A stretch of DNA of 64,000 bases from Octopus vulgaris (taxonomy: Eukaryota), in the NCBI GenBank assembly GCA_951406725.2, contig OX597826.1, positions 46,562,001 to 46,626,000 on the forward strand, read 5' to 3'. Of this stretch, positions 40,746-54,950 are shown one piece after another. Both the position numbers and the translations under genes were made by a program. Each line of letters begins with the position of its first letter. The stretch's first letter is position 1. Below the pieces are notes generated by a model that saw nothing but the letters and a program-made list of their open reading frames with translations, did no database searches and had not been told where the DNA came from.

Positions 40746-43310
40746 AGACGACTTTCATAATCAATGAGTTAAAGTAGACACTGTAGTCACAACTGGACCA
40801 AAGTGCAAGATAAAATAACCAAACGTTTTGAATTATATGATGCAGGTTATTGTCTTTGAGATTAATAAGGCGTTATTTTGAAAGTGAGCCAAAGTGCAGA
40901 CTGAAATGATAAAACGTTTAAAACATACTGAAAATGGAAGTTGCTCTGTATGATATAAAGAAGGTATTATATTCGAAATTTGCCAATGTGCAAGACAATG
41001 CAACCAAGCATTTAGAATGAATTCAGGAGAATATGTCAGAAGATAGAAATTTATTACGAGGTAATTTGCTAAATAATGAGAACGCAGAAATGCAGAAGAA
41101 TGTTTGTAATGTAGGAAGCTGTGTAGAATTAATCGATGTTTAGTTACTGAGGAATTCAGGTGTTTGTGTGCTACAAAAAAAAAAAAAAAAAAAGAAGTGG
41201 GTGGGGATTCGAAAATTGTATTGCTAAGGACATTTAGAGATTAAGAATCTACTTTCCAAGCATATTTACTTCCAGCATCGATGATAATGATTGAATATAT
41301 CCTAAAAATATTCCACCAGACTTTGGTGGCCTGTTCTTAGAGTTAGAATCTCCTACAAGGTTATGTTCTGTATTAGAATTCTATGAAAGAAAGAAATATT
41401 TTTTATATGTCGCCATAATATTTTATAAAAAAATACTCCAGCCATTCTCCTGCTAATCCAGCAGGCGGTTTTGCTTGACTTAAACATAATACAGAATGGC
41501 AAATCACCACGCACGATTACATTGGCTGTCAATAAGTGCCATTTTTGTGTAATACGCATCGTTTGAGCCACCGATTTTCGGTCTTCGAGATTTATTTCAT
41601 TCTTATTTTTTCCCCATAATATTGCTACAATATCAATAGCATTAGCCGCACAAGCCTAAAATCCAATAATCATCCGATTAGCTATGCTTAATATCCGATA
41701 AATCTCTGCTTTATACAAGAAATCTATTGTATACCTCTCTAAGAAAAGAAGAAAAAAAAATTAAATCCTTACTTTTCATTCCTTCCTTCTCGCATCAAAT
41801 TTATTTGATATGTTTGATTTTTTTTTTCCCTCTTACTTTCTTTCATAAATGTTTTCTGATTCTTTGTCTATTTAACCAACATATATCAGTCCCGATTTTA
41901 ATCTAATAAAGCGTAAAATGGAAAAGACTGAAAAATACACAAAAAGAAAATAAAAAAAACAAAACAACAACAACCTACATCGCCGCTATCACCAGTAGCA
42001 CCAACGCAACAAAAACCACCACCATAACAAAATATAATGTTTTCAATGAAATTATCGAATTTCTAAATCTGTATTTAAGAAAAACTATTGAAAAACACAA
42101 CTTAATAGCTTTAGTTTATCAATATAAACCAAGAAAGAGGTCACAGTACCAGGTAATCTTCAATAACTGAAAGATGGTTGTCAGAGGATTCTTAAGCTGA
42201 TAGAGAACGCCAAACAAGAAACGGTGAAAAATAATTCTTCTCGTGTAAGGATTTGCTGTTTTTCTATGATTTTCTTTCCCTTTTTCTCTTTTGATAATGT
42301 TCTTATTTATATTCAAATCTAAAATCTTTTAAAATCTTAAAGTCATTGTCAGAACTTAAGGCTTTATGTGTTGCTTCAGTAGAACGACCTTGTTGAGGAA
42401 GATAAAATGTCAGCTGTTTGGTAAATGTATTTTGGAAGTTTCTTCTTTCCTCTAAACTTTACTACAAAAACACAGCAACTTCGTATTGTATGAATACTTA
42501 TTCATATCTAGGAAGCAACAAATTTTCCTTTCTAATGTTTAGTTTTTTAATGAATATGATGGAAAACAAATAAATTTGATAGTAGACAGCTTTAAGTCGA
42601 TTTGTTTATTTGAATTCATAACATAAAGCAAAATTTACTTAAATATGGACAAAGAACATAATCTTTATTAATAGAATAATTAGCTACAGATATCACTAAT
42701 TAAAATATCTTTCAAACAACAGAAAGTTATTTGACGTTTTTTTTGTTGTAATTTTTACTGTTAAATAGTCTTATTTTATCACTCTGGTTTATTAATATTA
42801 AGAAGCAATATTTCATACCGTATGGAATCAATCGTAGACGCTTAAGATACCCAGTTCACTTTGGATACTTTATGGTTGGAATACGAATTGGCAGTGTTGT
42901 TAGTGCATTGCATAGAACGCTTCGTAGTACTTATTCCAACTCCTTTTTTTTCTGTGAATTCAAATCCTACTGAGGCCAACATTGCCTGTCATCTTTTCAA
43001 GGTCTTTGAAAAAGTATAGGGGTTTAGGGGTTGGCATTACCTTTGCGTTTGGACAGCGGCCCCTGCGATGATAGCGGTATCAATCTGTATCGCTGCAAGA
43101 CATGTATTACATACAGGGCAGGCCAAAAGTCATGCACAAAATAAGCTCAATACATTCCGGAATTGTCAAGGACATGCAACAATTTTTTTAAAGTTGAATA
43201 AAGTAAATAAAACAAGAGCACCCAGAGAGCGCACCCCCCCCACCAAGGTGACACCAACGTTCTTAGTTTTTTTATCACCCACAGGGGCTTAAAAATAGAG
43301 GTTATACATT

Positions 43311-43890
43311 ATTTCAAATTTTTGCCACAATGGCAGCTTGGGGGAGGGGACTAAGTCGATTACATCGACTCCAGTGCCTAACTGCTGCTTATTTAATCGA
43401 CCCAGAAAAGAATGAAAGACAAAGTCGACCTCGGCGGAATTTGAACTGAGAACGTAGCGGCAGACGAAATACTTATTTCTTTACTACCCGCAAGGGGTTA
43501 AACACAGAGAGGACAAACAAGGACAGACAAACGGATTAAGTCGATTATATCGACTCCGTTGCGTAACTGGTACTTATTTAATCGACCTCGAAAGGATGAA
43601 AGGCAAAGTCGACCTCGGCGGAATTTGAACTCACAACGTAGCAGCAGACGAAATACCTATTTCTTTACTACACACAGGGGGCTAAACACAGAGAGGACAA
43701 ACAAGGGCAGACAAAGGGATTAAGTCGATTATATCGACCCCAGTGCGTAACTGGCACTTAATTTATTGACCCCGAAAGGATGAAAGGCAAAGTCGACCTC
43801 GGCGGAATTTGAACTCAGAACGTAACGGCAGACGAAATACCGCAAAGAATTTCGCCCGGCGTGCTAACGTTTCTGCCAGCTCGCTGCCTT
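43311..43890 (-). repeat. SINE family A tandem array (three units, 184-bp period)
   Basis: GAATTTGAACT at 43437, 43621 and 43805. Confidence 0.9.
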
Positions 43891-43923
43891 ACTACTAATA
43901 ATAGCCTAATATAAATAAAATTT

Positions 43924-44338
43924 GAATCTTTTCGGTTTGAACGGCAGTTTTTTCTTGCGGTGTCATATGAAATTGTCACCCATAATTATGACCCTATTAT
44001 CGATCTATTGCATTTCAATTTGTTTTAGGATTAGGGTTAGGGTGGGGGGAAGGGTATCTTTTTTTTTCACAAATGTAACTAAAATCAATCTGTTTCTTAA
44101 ACGAGGGACATATTCATACGGCACAGAATGTTTTTTACCTCAATAGACGTCACTGATTGGTTGAAATTGCAGAAATTGAAGAAAAAAACAACAAATATCT
44201 TACAAACTATAGAATTTTCTCAATAAAGCCAAGAGAAAAAGATGTTTTATAAACACATTCTACCAGTATACGAAGTTTAAAATTTTTTTAGTTACTTAGA
44301 AATTATGTTAAAAACTGCCGTTCAAACCGAAAAGATCC
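43924..44338. mobile_element. MITE with ~28-bp TIRs and 8-bp TSD (Merlin/Mutator-like)
   Basis: G(A/G)ATCTTTTCGGTTTGAACGGCAGTTTT inverted at both ends; exact TSD TAAAATTT; internal TTAGGG repeats. Confidence 0.88.
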
Positions 44339-45286
44339 TAAAATTTTAGCACGTAACTTGTGGCCCACCCTATTTAATAAATTCATATAATTCATGACAA
44401 ATTCATTTTACCTGTTAACATTTCGTTCCAAAATAACGGTAATATTATTCTTATTATTATTTTTAAACGGCCGAGATTCGAAACCTGAACGGTTTAGTTT
44501 CTATTCGGAAGTTTTACCAGCAGACAAAACATCCGGTGTTTTTTAAATGCTTAAAGTTAATTAATTTCTGGCATGCTTCTTTCCTTTCCTTTGCTCTTTT
44601 CTTTCCTTGTTTTTTTTTGTTTTTGTTTTTTTGTTTTCTTTTTCTTAATTTCATACAGTCATTCATTTACTTGTTGTTGGCGTCGTTGTTGATAACGATT
44701 ATGTTGTTGACCGGAAATGAAGAGACCTTTTTTCTTCTTTCCCTGGATATTTTTTTTTGTTAGTTTTTGTTTTTGTTTAGGCCTTGTTTGTGAAGTTTTG
44801 GCAATTAACTTAAATTTTTTTCTACACAAAGCTTTACTCGTTCTGGTAATATTTTTTTTTTTCTTTCCAAAAGGAGTTGTTTATTAATTTGTTACTAACA
44901 CGATGGAATCAAGTGCACTGACCGTTCCTAATTCGCCATCCACTTGTGTGCAGCATCACAAGCAAAGTTGGAGCAAGCAACTTCAGTTGTGTCACATCGA
45001 AAAATTTCGACTATCTCAAGTAGTTATCGCTGATGTGTTGTTTTTTTTTTCATATATTTTCATTTTCAGTTTATTATTGTTATTATTTTCTTGTTAATTG
45101 TCAGTCAATTTCTTATAACGTGGCAAGCTACCGCCCACCCTCACTTTCTTTTGTTTCTTTCTGTCTTTTCTCTGTCTTCCGATTTGTGTGTGTGTGTGTG
45201 TGTGTGTGCATGCATTTATATGTGCGAGTATTTATATGTGAAAAAACGAGATTAAGAGATATAAGTATACAGATATAGATATATGT

Positions 45287-45597
45287 GGAGGCGCAATGGC
45301 CTAGTGGTTAGGGCAGCGGACTCGCGGTCGTAGGATCGCGGTTTCGATTCCCAGACCGGGCGTTGTGAGTGTTTATTGAGCGAAAACACCTAAAGCTCCA
45401 CGAGGCTCCGGCAGGGGGTGGTAGCGATCCCTGCTGTACTCTTTCACCACAACTTTCTCTCACTCTTTCTTCTGTTGGCCTGCTCGCTTAGCCAGCGGGG
45501 TGGCGTTATTTGAAGGCTAAAACAATGCGAAGCGCATTGTGACCAGCGATGTGTAACAACATCTGATAGCCTGGTCGGTCACGGTGATCAACGTGAT
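45287..45597 (+). mobile_element. SINE family C, tail type 1 (RTE-derived)
   Basis: tRNA head GGAGGCGCAATGGCCTAGTGG...GGTTTCGATTCC; tail TGTGACCAGCG...CTGGTCGGTCACGGTGAT. Confidence 0.9.
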
Positions 45598-45639
45598 ATA
45601 GATATATATGTACACACACACACACACACACATATATCG

Positions 45640-45965
45640 TAGCACTCACTCGGTTACGATGACGAGGGTTCCACCTGATCCGATCAACGGAACAGCCTGC
45701 TCGTTTTCCTTGGCGTATGGGTTCCCCACCTGGACGAGACGCCGGTCCGTCGCAGCTGAGCTGCAAGATGCAGAAAGAAAGAAACAGTGAGAGAAAGTTG
45801 TGGTGAAAGAGTCAGCAGAAGTTTGCCATTACCTTCTGCCGGAGCCGCGTGGAGCTTTAGGTTGTTTCGCTCATAAATACACACACATCGCCCGGTCTGA
45901 GATTCGAATCCGCGATCCCTCGACTTCGCGTTCGCTGCTGTAACCACTAGGCCATGTGCCTCCGC
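45640..45965 (-). mobile_element. SINE family C variant, tail-to-tail with the previous copy
   Basis: Reverse head GGAGGCACATGGCCTAGTGG; ends with the tail type 2 terminus GAACCCTCGTCATCGTAACCGA. Confidence 0.85.
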
Positions 45966-46024
45966 ATATATACATATATACACACACATATATATGCATA
46001 TTAAACGCCATTAAACCATTAATG

Positions 46025-46521
46025 GCATAAGGGATGTACTCAAGGGAAGTTTGGACAGGACCACCCGCGCCAACCTCATTAACAGTGCAGTTCTGCCTGC
46101 AATGTTATATGGTAGTGAAACATGGGCTACCACAAAGAGAGAAGAGCAAAGACTGGTAACGGCTCAAAGAGCCATGGAAAGGTCAATGCTTGGTATCTCG
46201 TTGAGAGAGCACATAAGTAGCAAGATCATCAGAAAGAAGTCCGGCGTGAGAGATATCATCGCAGAGTATACACGCAGCAAGTATAGATGGGCTGGACACG
46301 TCGCCCGGCTCACCGATAATCGGCGGACGCACGCAGTTGTCGAGTGGTACCCGTGTGAGCGGAAAAGACCACCCGGAAGACCTCCACGACGGTGGAGTTA
46401 CGATTTCAGGAGGACGATTGGGATCACGTGGATGAGAAAGGCGCGATCCAGAGAGGAGTGGACAGCGTGCTGTGACCAGCGGTGTCAAATGGAGGCCTGA
46501 CGGACTGGTCGGTCAAGGTGA
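46025..46521 (+). mobile_element. RTE-clade LINE 3' end, reading frame still open
   Basis: VLPAMLYGSETW..QRAMERSMLG..RWAGHVAR..D.R..EW.P...KRPPGRPPRRW; 5'-truncated. Confidence 0.92.
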
Positions 46522-46599
46522 TATATGCATATATATATATATACTTACACACACACACACACACACACATATATGTATATATATACATATACATATATA

Positions 46600-46655
<56 letters not shown>

Positions 46656-46770
46656 ACATCCATTTGATATATATTATGCTATACCTTGATACAGTTGGCA
46701 GGCCCCTGGTATGTGTGGTTACGTTGGATTGTAGGTAAATGGATATGTATCAATTCGTTTATTTGAATTG

Positions 46771-46816
<46 letters not shown>

Positions 46817-47294
46817 TTCTTTTATTCTTTTACTTGTTTCAGTCATCTGGCTGCGGCCATGCTGGAGCACCGCCTTTAGTCGAACAAATCGACCCCAGGA
46901 CTTATTCTCTGTAATCCTAGGACTTATTCTATCGGTTTCTTGCCGAACAGCTGGGTTACGGCAAAATTCTCTGGTTTATGACAAATTTAGGAACAGTTAC
47001 TATGAAGGGATGTTGAATGGCCCAGTCGTTGGAGAGAAGGACAATTGGCCATATAGTGTTTCGAATCCAGCAAATACCAACTCAGTCTTTTGTTCTTCCG
47101 GTATTGCTAGATTAAAGCGCCAGTCAAGCAGTGGGGTGGGGTGGGGTATGGAATCGACTCATTCCCCATCTCTGATTATCACAGCTAAAAAGAATTCAGG
47201 CCCTATCAATGCTGGAAGCAACCAGAGAATGGAATTGGCAGAATTTGTGGAGGCGTGTGGCTTAGTGGTTAGGGTGTTTGACTCATAATCATAC

Positions 47295-47705
47295 GAAGAC
47301 ACATGCTCAAAGTGTCACGCAGAGGAACTAAACCCAGAACCATGTGGTTGGGAAGCAAACTTCTTACCACATAGCCGCAAATTAAGTAAATTGGTCCCCC
47401 ATCAGTTTCGACGACGAGTACTCAGTTGTCCGATCAGTTGCATTACATGCACTTGAATTAACATGTAGCTGAATATTTCACAATCATGTGGGCCCTTAAC
47501 TCTTTTGCGTTCAGATTATTCTGTCAAACGCAATGCTCATTTATTCGCATTGTTTTGGATTAATCATAGATTATCTTGCAGCTTTGAGATTTCAATGGAG
47601 TGCTTGTATATTTTTAGAAAGACATTGCAGGGTAGGTGTTAGAGAGGTCTGATCCGGTTAGTTTGAACTCAAAACAGGTAGAATATTTGGACATGATATG
47701 ACCAG
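47295..47705. mobile_element. Composite (SINE B head + SINE C tail + piggyBac MITE), paralogous to 37880-38610
   Basis: Same order of components and same junction sequence, e.g. TTGCATTACATGC..TTGAATTAACATGTAG.TGAATATTTCACA. Confidence 0.65.
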
Positions 47706-48121
47706 GCAACGCATTGAGATCTTGAGCAAAACACTTCATTTCATGTTGCTCCAATCCACTCAGCTGGCAAAAATGAATAAACCTGAGATGGACTGACGTC
47801 CCATCCAGGTGGGGAATTTACACGCCATGGAAACCGACCCTTATGAACTGGTATGACTCGAGAAGGTAACTTTAAATTTACTCTTTTTATTGGCAGGATC
47901 TGTAGTGTCAGAGAAAATGATTTGCGCCTTATCTTCTACATGTTATATTCGATGTTCAAACATCATCGAAGTCAGCTTTTCTGTTTATCCCTCTGAGGTA
48001 ATAAAATAAGTACCAGCCAAATGTTAGGGTTGATTTAATCAACTAACCCCTTTTTCTTCAGAAAATTATTAGCCTTCTGCCGAAATTAGAAATATTTTGC
48101 CGGAATTGACTGTAAGATAGT

Positions 48122-48410
48122 ATCTTTTACTTGATTCAGTCATTAGACCACGGCTGTGCTGGGGAACCAGCTTGTAGAATTTTAGTCGAACGAATGGTAC
48201 TTAGTCTATCGGCCTCTTTTGCTGAACCGCTAAGTTACAGGGATGTAAACACACCAACACAAGTTGTCAAGCGGTGGATTCTACCAAATCCACTCACAAG
48301 GATTTAGTTGGCCCGAGGTTACAGTAGAAAATACTTGCTCAAGGTACCATGCAGTGGGACAGAACTCGGAACCATGGGGTTAGGAAGTAAACTTCTTACC
48401 ATGCCCGCGT
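48122..48410 (-). mobile_element. SINE family B, internally deleted
   Basis: Reverse tail and head motifs of family B. Confidence 0.75.
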
Positions 48411-48427
48411 CTCGGTAGTATTTATTT

Positions 48428-48815
48428 GTGGAGGCGCAATGGCCCAGTGGTTAGGGCAGCGGACTCGCGGTCGTAGGATCGCGGTTTCGATTCCCAGACC
48501 GGGCGTTGTGAGTGTTTATTAAGCGAAAACACCTAAAGCTCCACGAGGCTCAGGCAGGGGATGGTGGTGATCCCTGCTGTACTCTTTCACCACAACTTTC
48601 TCTCATTCTTACTTCCTGTTTCTGTTGTACCTGTATTTCAAAGAGCCGACCTTGTCACTCTCTGTGTCACGCTGAATATCCCCGAGAACTACGTTAAGGG
48701 TACACGTATCTGTGGAGTGCTCAGCCACTTACGCGTTAATTTCACGAGCAGGCTGTTCCGTTGATTCGGATCAACCGGAACCCTCATCGTCGTAACCGAC
48801 GGAGTGCTTCCATCC
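48428..48815 (+). mobile_element. SINE family C, tail type 2, full length
   Basis: 11-bp TSD AGTATTTATTT (48417-48427 / 48816-48826). Confidence 0.92.
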
Positions 48816-49079
48816 AGTATTTATTTACGATTCTTTACGTTCTGAGTTAAATTTTCTCGAAAGTTAACTTTTCATCGACAATGCATAACACCTGTCAAAG
48901 ATCGGAAACTATGTAATGGACGACTAACCTCTTCCTTAATTAGAAACAATAAGACTTGCAGAATCTTTAGGGCGTCGGGAAATATACTTTGCAGCATCCT
49001 TTCCAGGTCTCTCCTGTTCTGAGTGTGGGATACTGCAATCTCTTGCTTGAAGAAACACGAGACACCATCGGAATAGTGT

Positions 49080-49410
49080 AAAGTTGAGTCACAAATGACT
49101 ATGGGACTGTACCTAAAAAGTTATTCTCTGAGGCACACGTCTGGGCAAGGTCGGTCGTTTATGGAAGACCTGCAACCGCCCATGCATATCAGCTTCCCCT
49201 CTCCACGCTACCGATTTTATCCAAGGGAAAAGTTAAAGGCCAATACAACTTGGAACCACTGACGTCGCAACTCATATCTACAGCTGAGTGAACTGGAGTC
49301 AAGCGAAATAGAGTATCTTGCTCAAGACCACGACACACGGTCTGGTCCGGGAATCGAACTCACTACCTCACGGTTGTGAGCTCGACGCTCTAACCACTGA
49401 GACATGCGCT
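49080..49410 (-). mobile_element. SINE family D
   Basis: Reverse complement of the 59526-59860 family. Confidence 0.8.
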
Positions 49411-49599
49411 AAACTGATATTAAATATATATATGCACGTGTGTATGTTAGTGTGTGTTCATCCATCCATCCATCCATCCATCCATCCATTATTATACTAT
49501 ACATACATACATATGTGTATGTGTGTATCTATATGTCTCAAACTATTTCTGTGTGTGTCTACGTTCAAGTTTATATAAATATATATATATATATATATA

Positions 49600-50966
<1,367 letters not shown>

Positions 50967-50969
<3 letters not shown>

Positions 50970-51176
50970 GGTGCGGCAGAAGTAACGCCCTTTTTTAATA
51001 ACTTTTATAGTATATAAATGTTTATTAAGTAATTTTTTATTGAACACAAATTTATTGCGTTAGTTAGAGAAACGAATAATATACTACTAATGAAAGAATC
51101 GCAGAAGTTTTAGGAAATAAAAAAACTCAATTAGAAACAAGAAAACTCAAATAGAAAAGACCATTACTTCTGCCGA

Positions 51177-51181
<5 letters not shown>
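50967..51181. mobile_element. Tc1/mariner MITE in (TA)n
   Basis: TA|CAGGGTGCGGCAGAAGTAA ... TTACTTCTGCCGAACCT with TA flanks. Confidence 0.75.
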
Positions 51182-51250
<69 letters not shown>

Positions 51251-51732
51251 CATATATATATATATATACATGTGCGCGTGCGTGCTTGTAGTACCAACGG
51301 GTACCATACAACATTGTACTTCACTGTTCAGACTGGAAGGAATCTAAAGAGAAATTATTCTTCGGGTTTTAATTTAGCCGGGAATGAGAACGGCTCGGTA
51401 TCGTAATGACTCAATGTTTATGTGATTCATCGTTACCATTATAGTTCTAGTAAAATATGTGAGTGGCAAAGGTTTCGAGATCTCATCTCTCAGACCACTT
51501 GTGATGAGTGTCTGCGTACCTTGTCATTACTGCTGCTTTCTAATAAGCAAATTAATAAATTGAAAATTCACAAAATACTTTGTCTTGTTTCATTTTATTT
51601 GTTATCATTAAGAAAAGCGAATGTTGTTACAAAGATATTTCGCAGAGATTGTCGTGTAAATCAGTGACAAGAGCCACATCTCATTCCTTAAGATAAACAG
51701 TATTTATCACTGTATCACTATATCAATCAGAT

Positions 51733-52033
51733 TATCACGTGATCACGTGACCGACCAGACCATCAGATGTTTTACACATCGCTGGTTACAATGCGTTCGC
51801 ATTCTTTTAGCCTTCGAATGACACCACCCCGCTGGCTAAGCGAGCAGGTCAACAGAAGAAAGAGAGAGAGAAAGAGTGGTGAAAGAGTACAGCAGGGATC
51901 CCCCCCCTGCCGGAGCCTCGTGGAGCTTTTAGGTGTTTTCGCTCAATAAACACTCACAACGCCCGGTCTGGGAATCGAAACCGCGATCCTTCGACCGCGA
52001 GTCCGCTGCCCTAACCTCTAGGCCATTGCGCCT
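51733..52033 (-). mobile_element. SINE family C, tail type 1
   Basis: Reverse copy of 45287-45597; ATCAGATTAT flanking duplication. Confidence 0.9.
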
Positions 52034-52063
52034 ATCAGATTATACTATCAGATTATACTATAT

Positions 52064-52284
52064 TTATTTCTTTATTACCCAAGGGGCTAAACACAGAGGG
52101 GACAAAGAAAAGGTTTAAGTCGATTGCATCGACCCCAGTGCGTAACTGGTACTTATTTTATCGACCCCGAAAGGATGAAAGGCAAAGTCGACCTCGGCGA
52201 AATTTGAACTCAGAACGTCACAACAGACGAAATACCGCTAAGCATTTCCCCCGGCGTGCTAACGTTTCTGCCAGCTCGCCGCCA
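52064..52284 (-). mobile_element. SINE family A
   Basis: Near-consensus; flanked by CAGA(T/C)TATACTATATT duplication. Confidence 0.88.
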
Positions 52285-52399
52285 TCCAGACTATACTATA
52301 TTGTTATAATCTGCTTGGTTAGAATGCGCTTTCTGGCATTGTTGTAGCATTAATTTGATACCACCTCGCTGGTTAAGCACTGTACTGTGTTTTGTTTTG

Positions 52400-52476
52400 T
52401 GCATAATCCGCCGATGAGCTGGAAAATTGTCTTGCATGAAACCGGTTCGTGATGTAAAAAAGGTTGGAGACCACTG
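52400..52476. mobile_element. hAT MITE right end
   Basis: AAAAAGGTTGGAGACCACTG Charlie-type TIR. Confidence 0.55.
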
Positions 52477-53356
52477 CTGTAAAGGATCATGCGCGTTGAC
52501 CTTCCCTTCTACCTCAAAGACTAAACTATAGCTGTGACTTAATAAATAGTATAAGTGATGATCGATCAATGTCGGCTTCACTTTCATATAAATATTAAGA
52601 ATATCAGATACAGTTCCTATAACAACCATTAATGTGAATCTGTCCGTAGTTATGAGTATATTTAGCTGAAGGTAATGCTAACTGCTAAACGTTTTAATAT
52701 AAGTTATAATCAACAGCAACAATTTTCGATCGATTACTCGTAGCTACATTTGTTTACTTTTGCCCTCAAAGCTTGCTTTTTGTTTGGATTAATTTTTGCC
52801 TCGTCTTGCTTCTTCTGTCAGACTTTTGTAGCGGAACCATCCATCTTTATACTATATTTTTATATTTTTCCCAGAGTCATGTGTCTAGAATCCACGAAAA
52901 TTTTGATAAGTAGAGGAAGGCGAAAAATGTTTATCAACAAATTGAATATCGATCTGTTTAAATATTTGGAACACAGTGATTATTGATTTGATAAATTATG
53001 ATGTCAAAGTTTAAAGTGTTTGAAGCGGAGCATTTGTACTCTATGAATAGATGTTAATTTGATATTGTTTTAGGGAGCACAACATCTACTAAGAGGTCAT
53101 GATGAGTTACAGTCCTTTGTTATGGTAACATTCATCACTTCATTCTCTGATAACCATCAATGGTAGTGATGGTTATTGTCGTTGGCATTGCTGCTACTGC
53201 TGTTGTTGTTGTTATTGTTGTTGATAATGATAATGATAGTGATGATGATAATGATGATGATAGAGTCTCTGGAACGCAGAATGAAAATTTTATTATAAAA
53301 GCAAGAATGTGTTTATAAGTGTGTGCATGCGTGTGTGCGTGCGCGCGCGCGTGTGT

Positions 53357-53391
<35 letters not shown>

Positions 53392-54224
53392 GGGAGAGGG
53401 GAAAGAAAAATAGAAGTGAGAAAAAGGAAAGAGAGTAAGTTTCAATGCAAGACATGTTTACTGAGATGTGAGTGTGTTAATTTAGAGGACCGAAATTAAG
53501 TAAATTTCAATAAACAACCACTAAATTAAAGAGGAAATCAAAGAAAGGGTCAATGGGAAGAGACAAAGTATGAGAAAGAATGAGAGAGAAGGGATATATA
53601 TACATGAGTGTGCGTGTGTGTGTTTGCATGTATGTACATAACTTGCCTTAACGCGGATTAGCAGACAGTGTTTTACAAGGAGTATCATACATAACTACTA
53701 GTAACACGTGTATTAAATGCACTCGAAATATAAACCCTTGCTTTTGTGTATATTCTGATAAACAAACACACACACATACACACACATTCACACACACTTA
53801 CAGACACACGCACGTACGCGCACACACACCACATACCACACACACACACGCACATATACAATTTGTGTGTACGTGGTGGTGGTGGCTCCTTAAGACTTGG
53901 TGGAATAGCAGGAGCGCCATCAGTTCCTTCGGGTATTTATTTAAGACCTGATGAGGCCGATCGCTCTTCAAATCTAAGCATTGCTGATTTCTTTCACACT
54001 GTATAGAAATGAAAGCGATTCAACTTCAGAAGAAAAATCAACTTTATTGGTATTGTATTTATCGACCCCGCCAAGATGAATGGCAAAGACGACCGTCATG
54101 ATTTGAGCTCTAAACTCGAAAAGAGGAATAGTATGCAAAGATATTGTCTGACGATCTAATGATTCTACCAATTCGCCCATGCGTATGTATGCATGCATGC
54201 ATGCATTTCTGTCTGTTTGTCTGG

Positions 54225-54468
<244 letters not shown>

Positions 54469-54509
54469 GTCTGTTTGTCTGTCTGTGTGTATAGACGTAT
54501 TTAAGATTT

Positions 54510-54950
54510 AGTGATAGTATGTTGTCAACTTAATGTGACAGTCCCATGAAAGGGAAGAATGCTACTGTTATTTAGCTCTGAGAGATTTAGAAATGTATTA
54601 TTGCTATTTTTAAAAGTCAGTGAATGTATTTCACTTGAAATATATATGTTTCCAAAGGCGAATAGGCATCGACAGCTAGCAAACCATGCTATTCCAGACT
54701 AATGGTGAGCAATGACTCTGAAAATAGTCTCTAGATGCTGGCTTTGCTTGGTGGAAAAGCTTGTCTCCCTTTTGAAAACATAAGGACACATGAAACGTCA
54801 AGCCCAACAGTAAACGGTGTTTCTTAGGGCTAAATAACAGTAGCATTCTTCCCTTTCATGGGACTGTCACATTAAGTTGACAACATACTATCACTTTATC
54901 ATGCTGTTACTGTATAAATCTCTCTGAGAGATTTAGAAATGTATTATTTC
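54510..54950. mobile_element. Non-coding element with PLE-style inverted plus partial-tandem structure
   Basis: Perfect 67-bp inverted repeat 54510-54576 / 54829-54895; direct repeat CTCTGAGAGATTTAGAAATGTATTATT at 54576 and 54922 (346-bp period). Confidence 0.75.

Noticed and set aside
40760-41130. Very old R4/Dong endonuclease remnant
   Set aside because: Only faint motif similarity; too decayed to support a call.
44023-44050. Interstitial telomere
   Set aside because: Only two to three TTAGGG units, internal to a MITE.
44903-45097. ATG-initiated 64-aa ORF (MESSALTVPNSP...)
   Set aside because: Runs into T-rich low-complexity sequence; no homology recognised and no clear donor site.
53948-53975. 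CTGATGAG hammerhead core
   Set aside because: No GAAA or stem III at a compatible distance.
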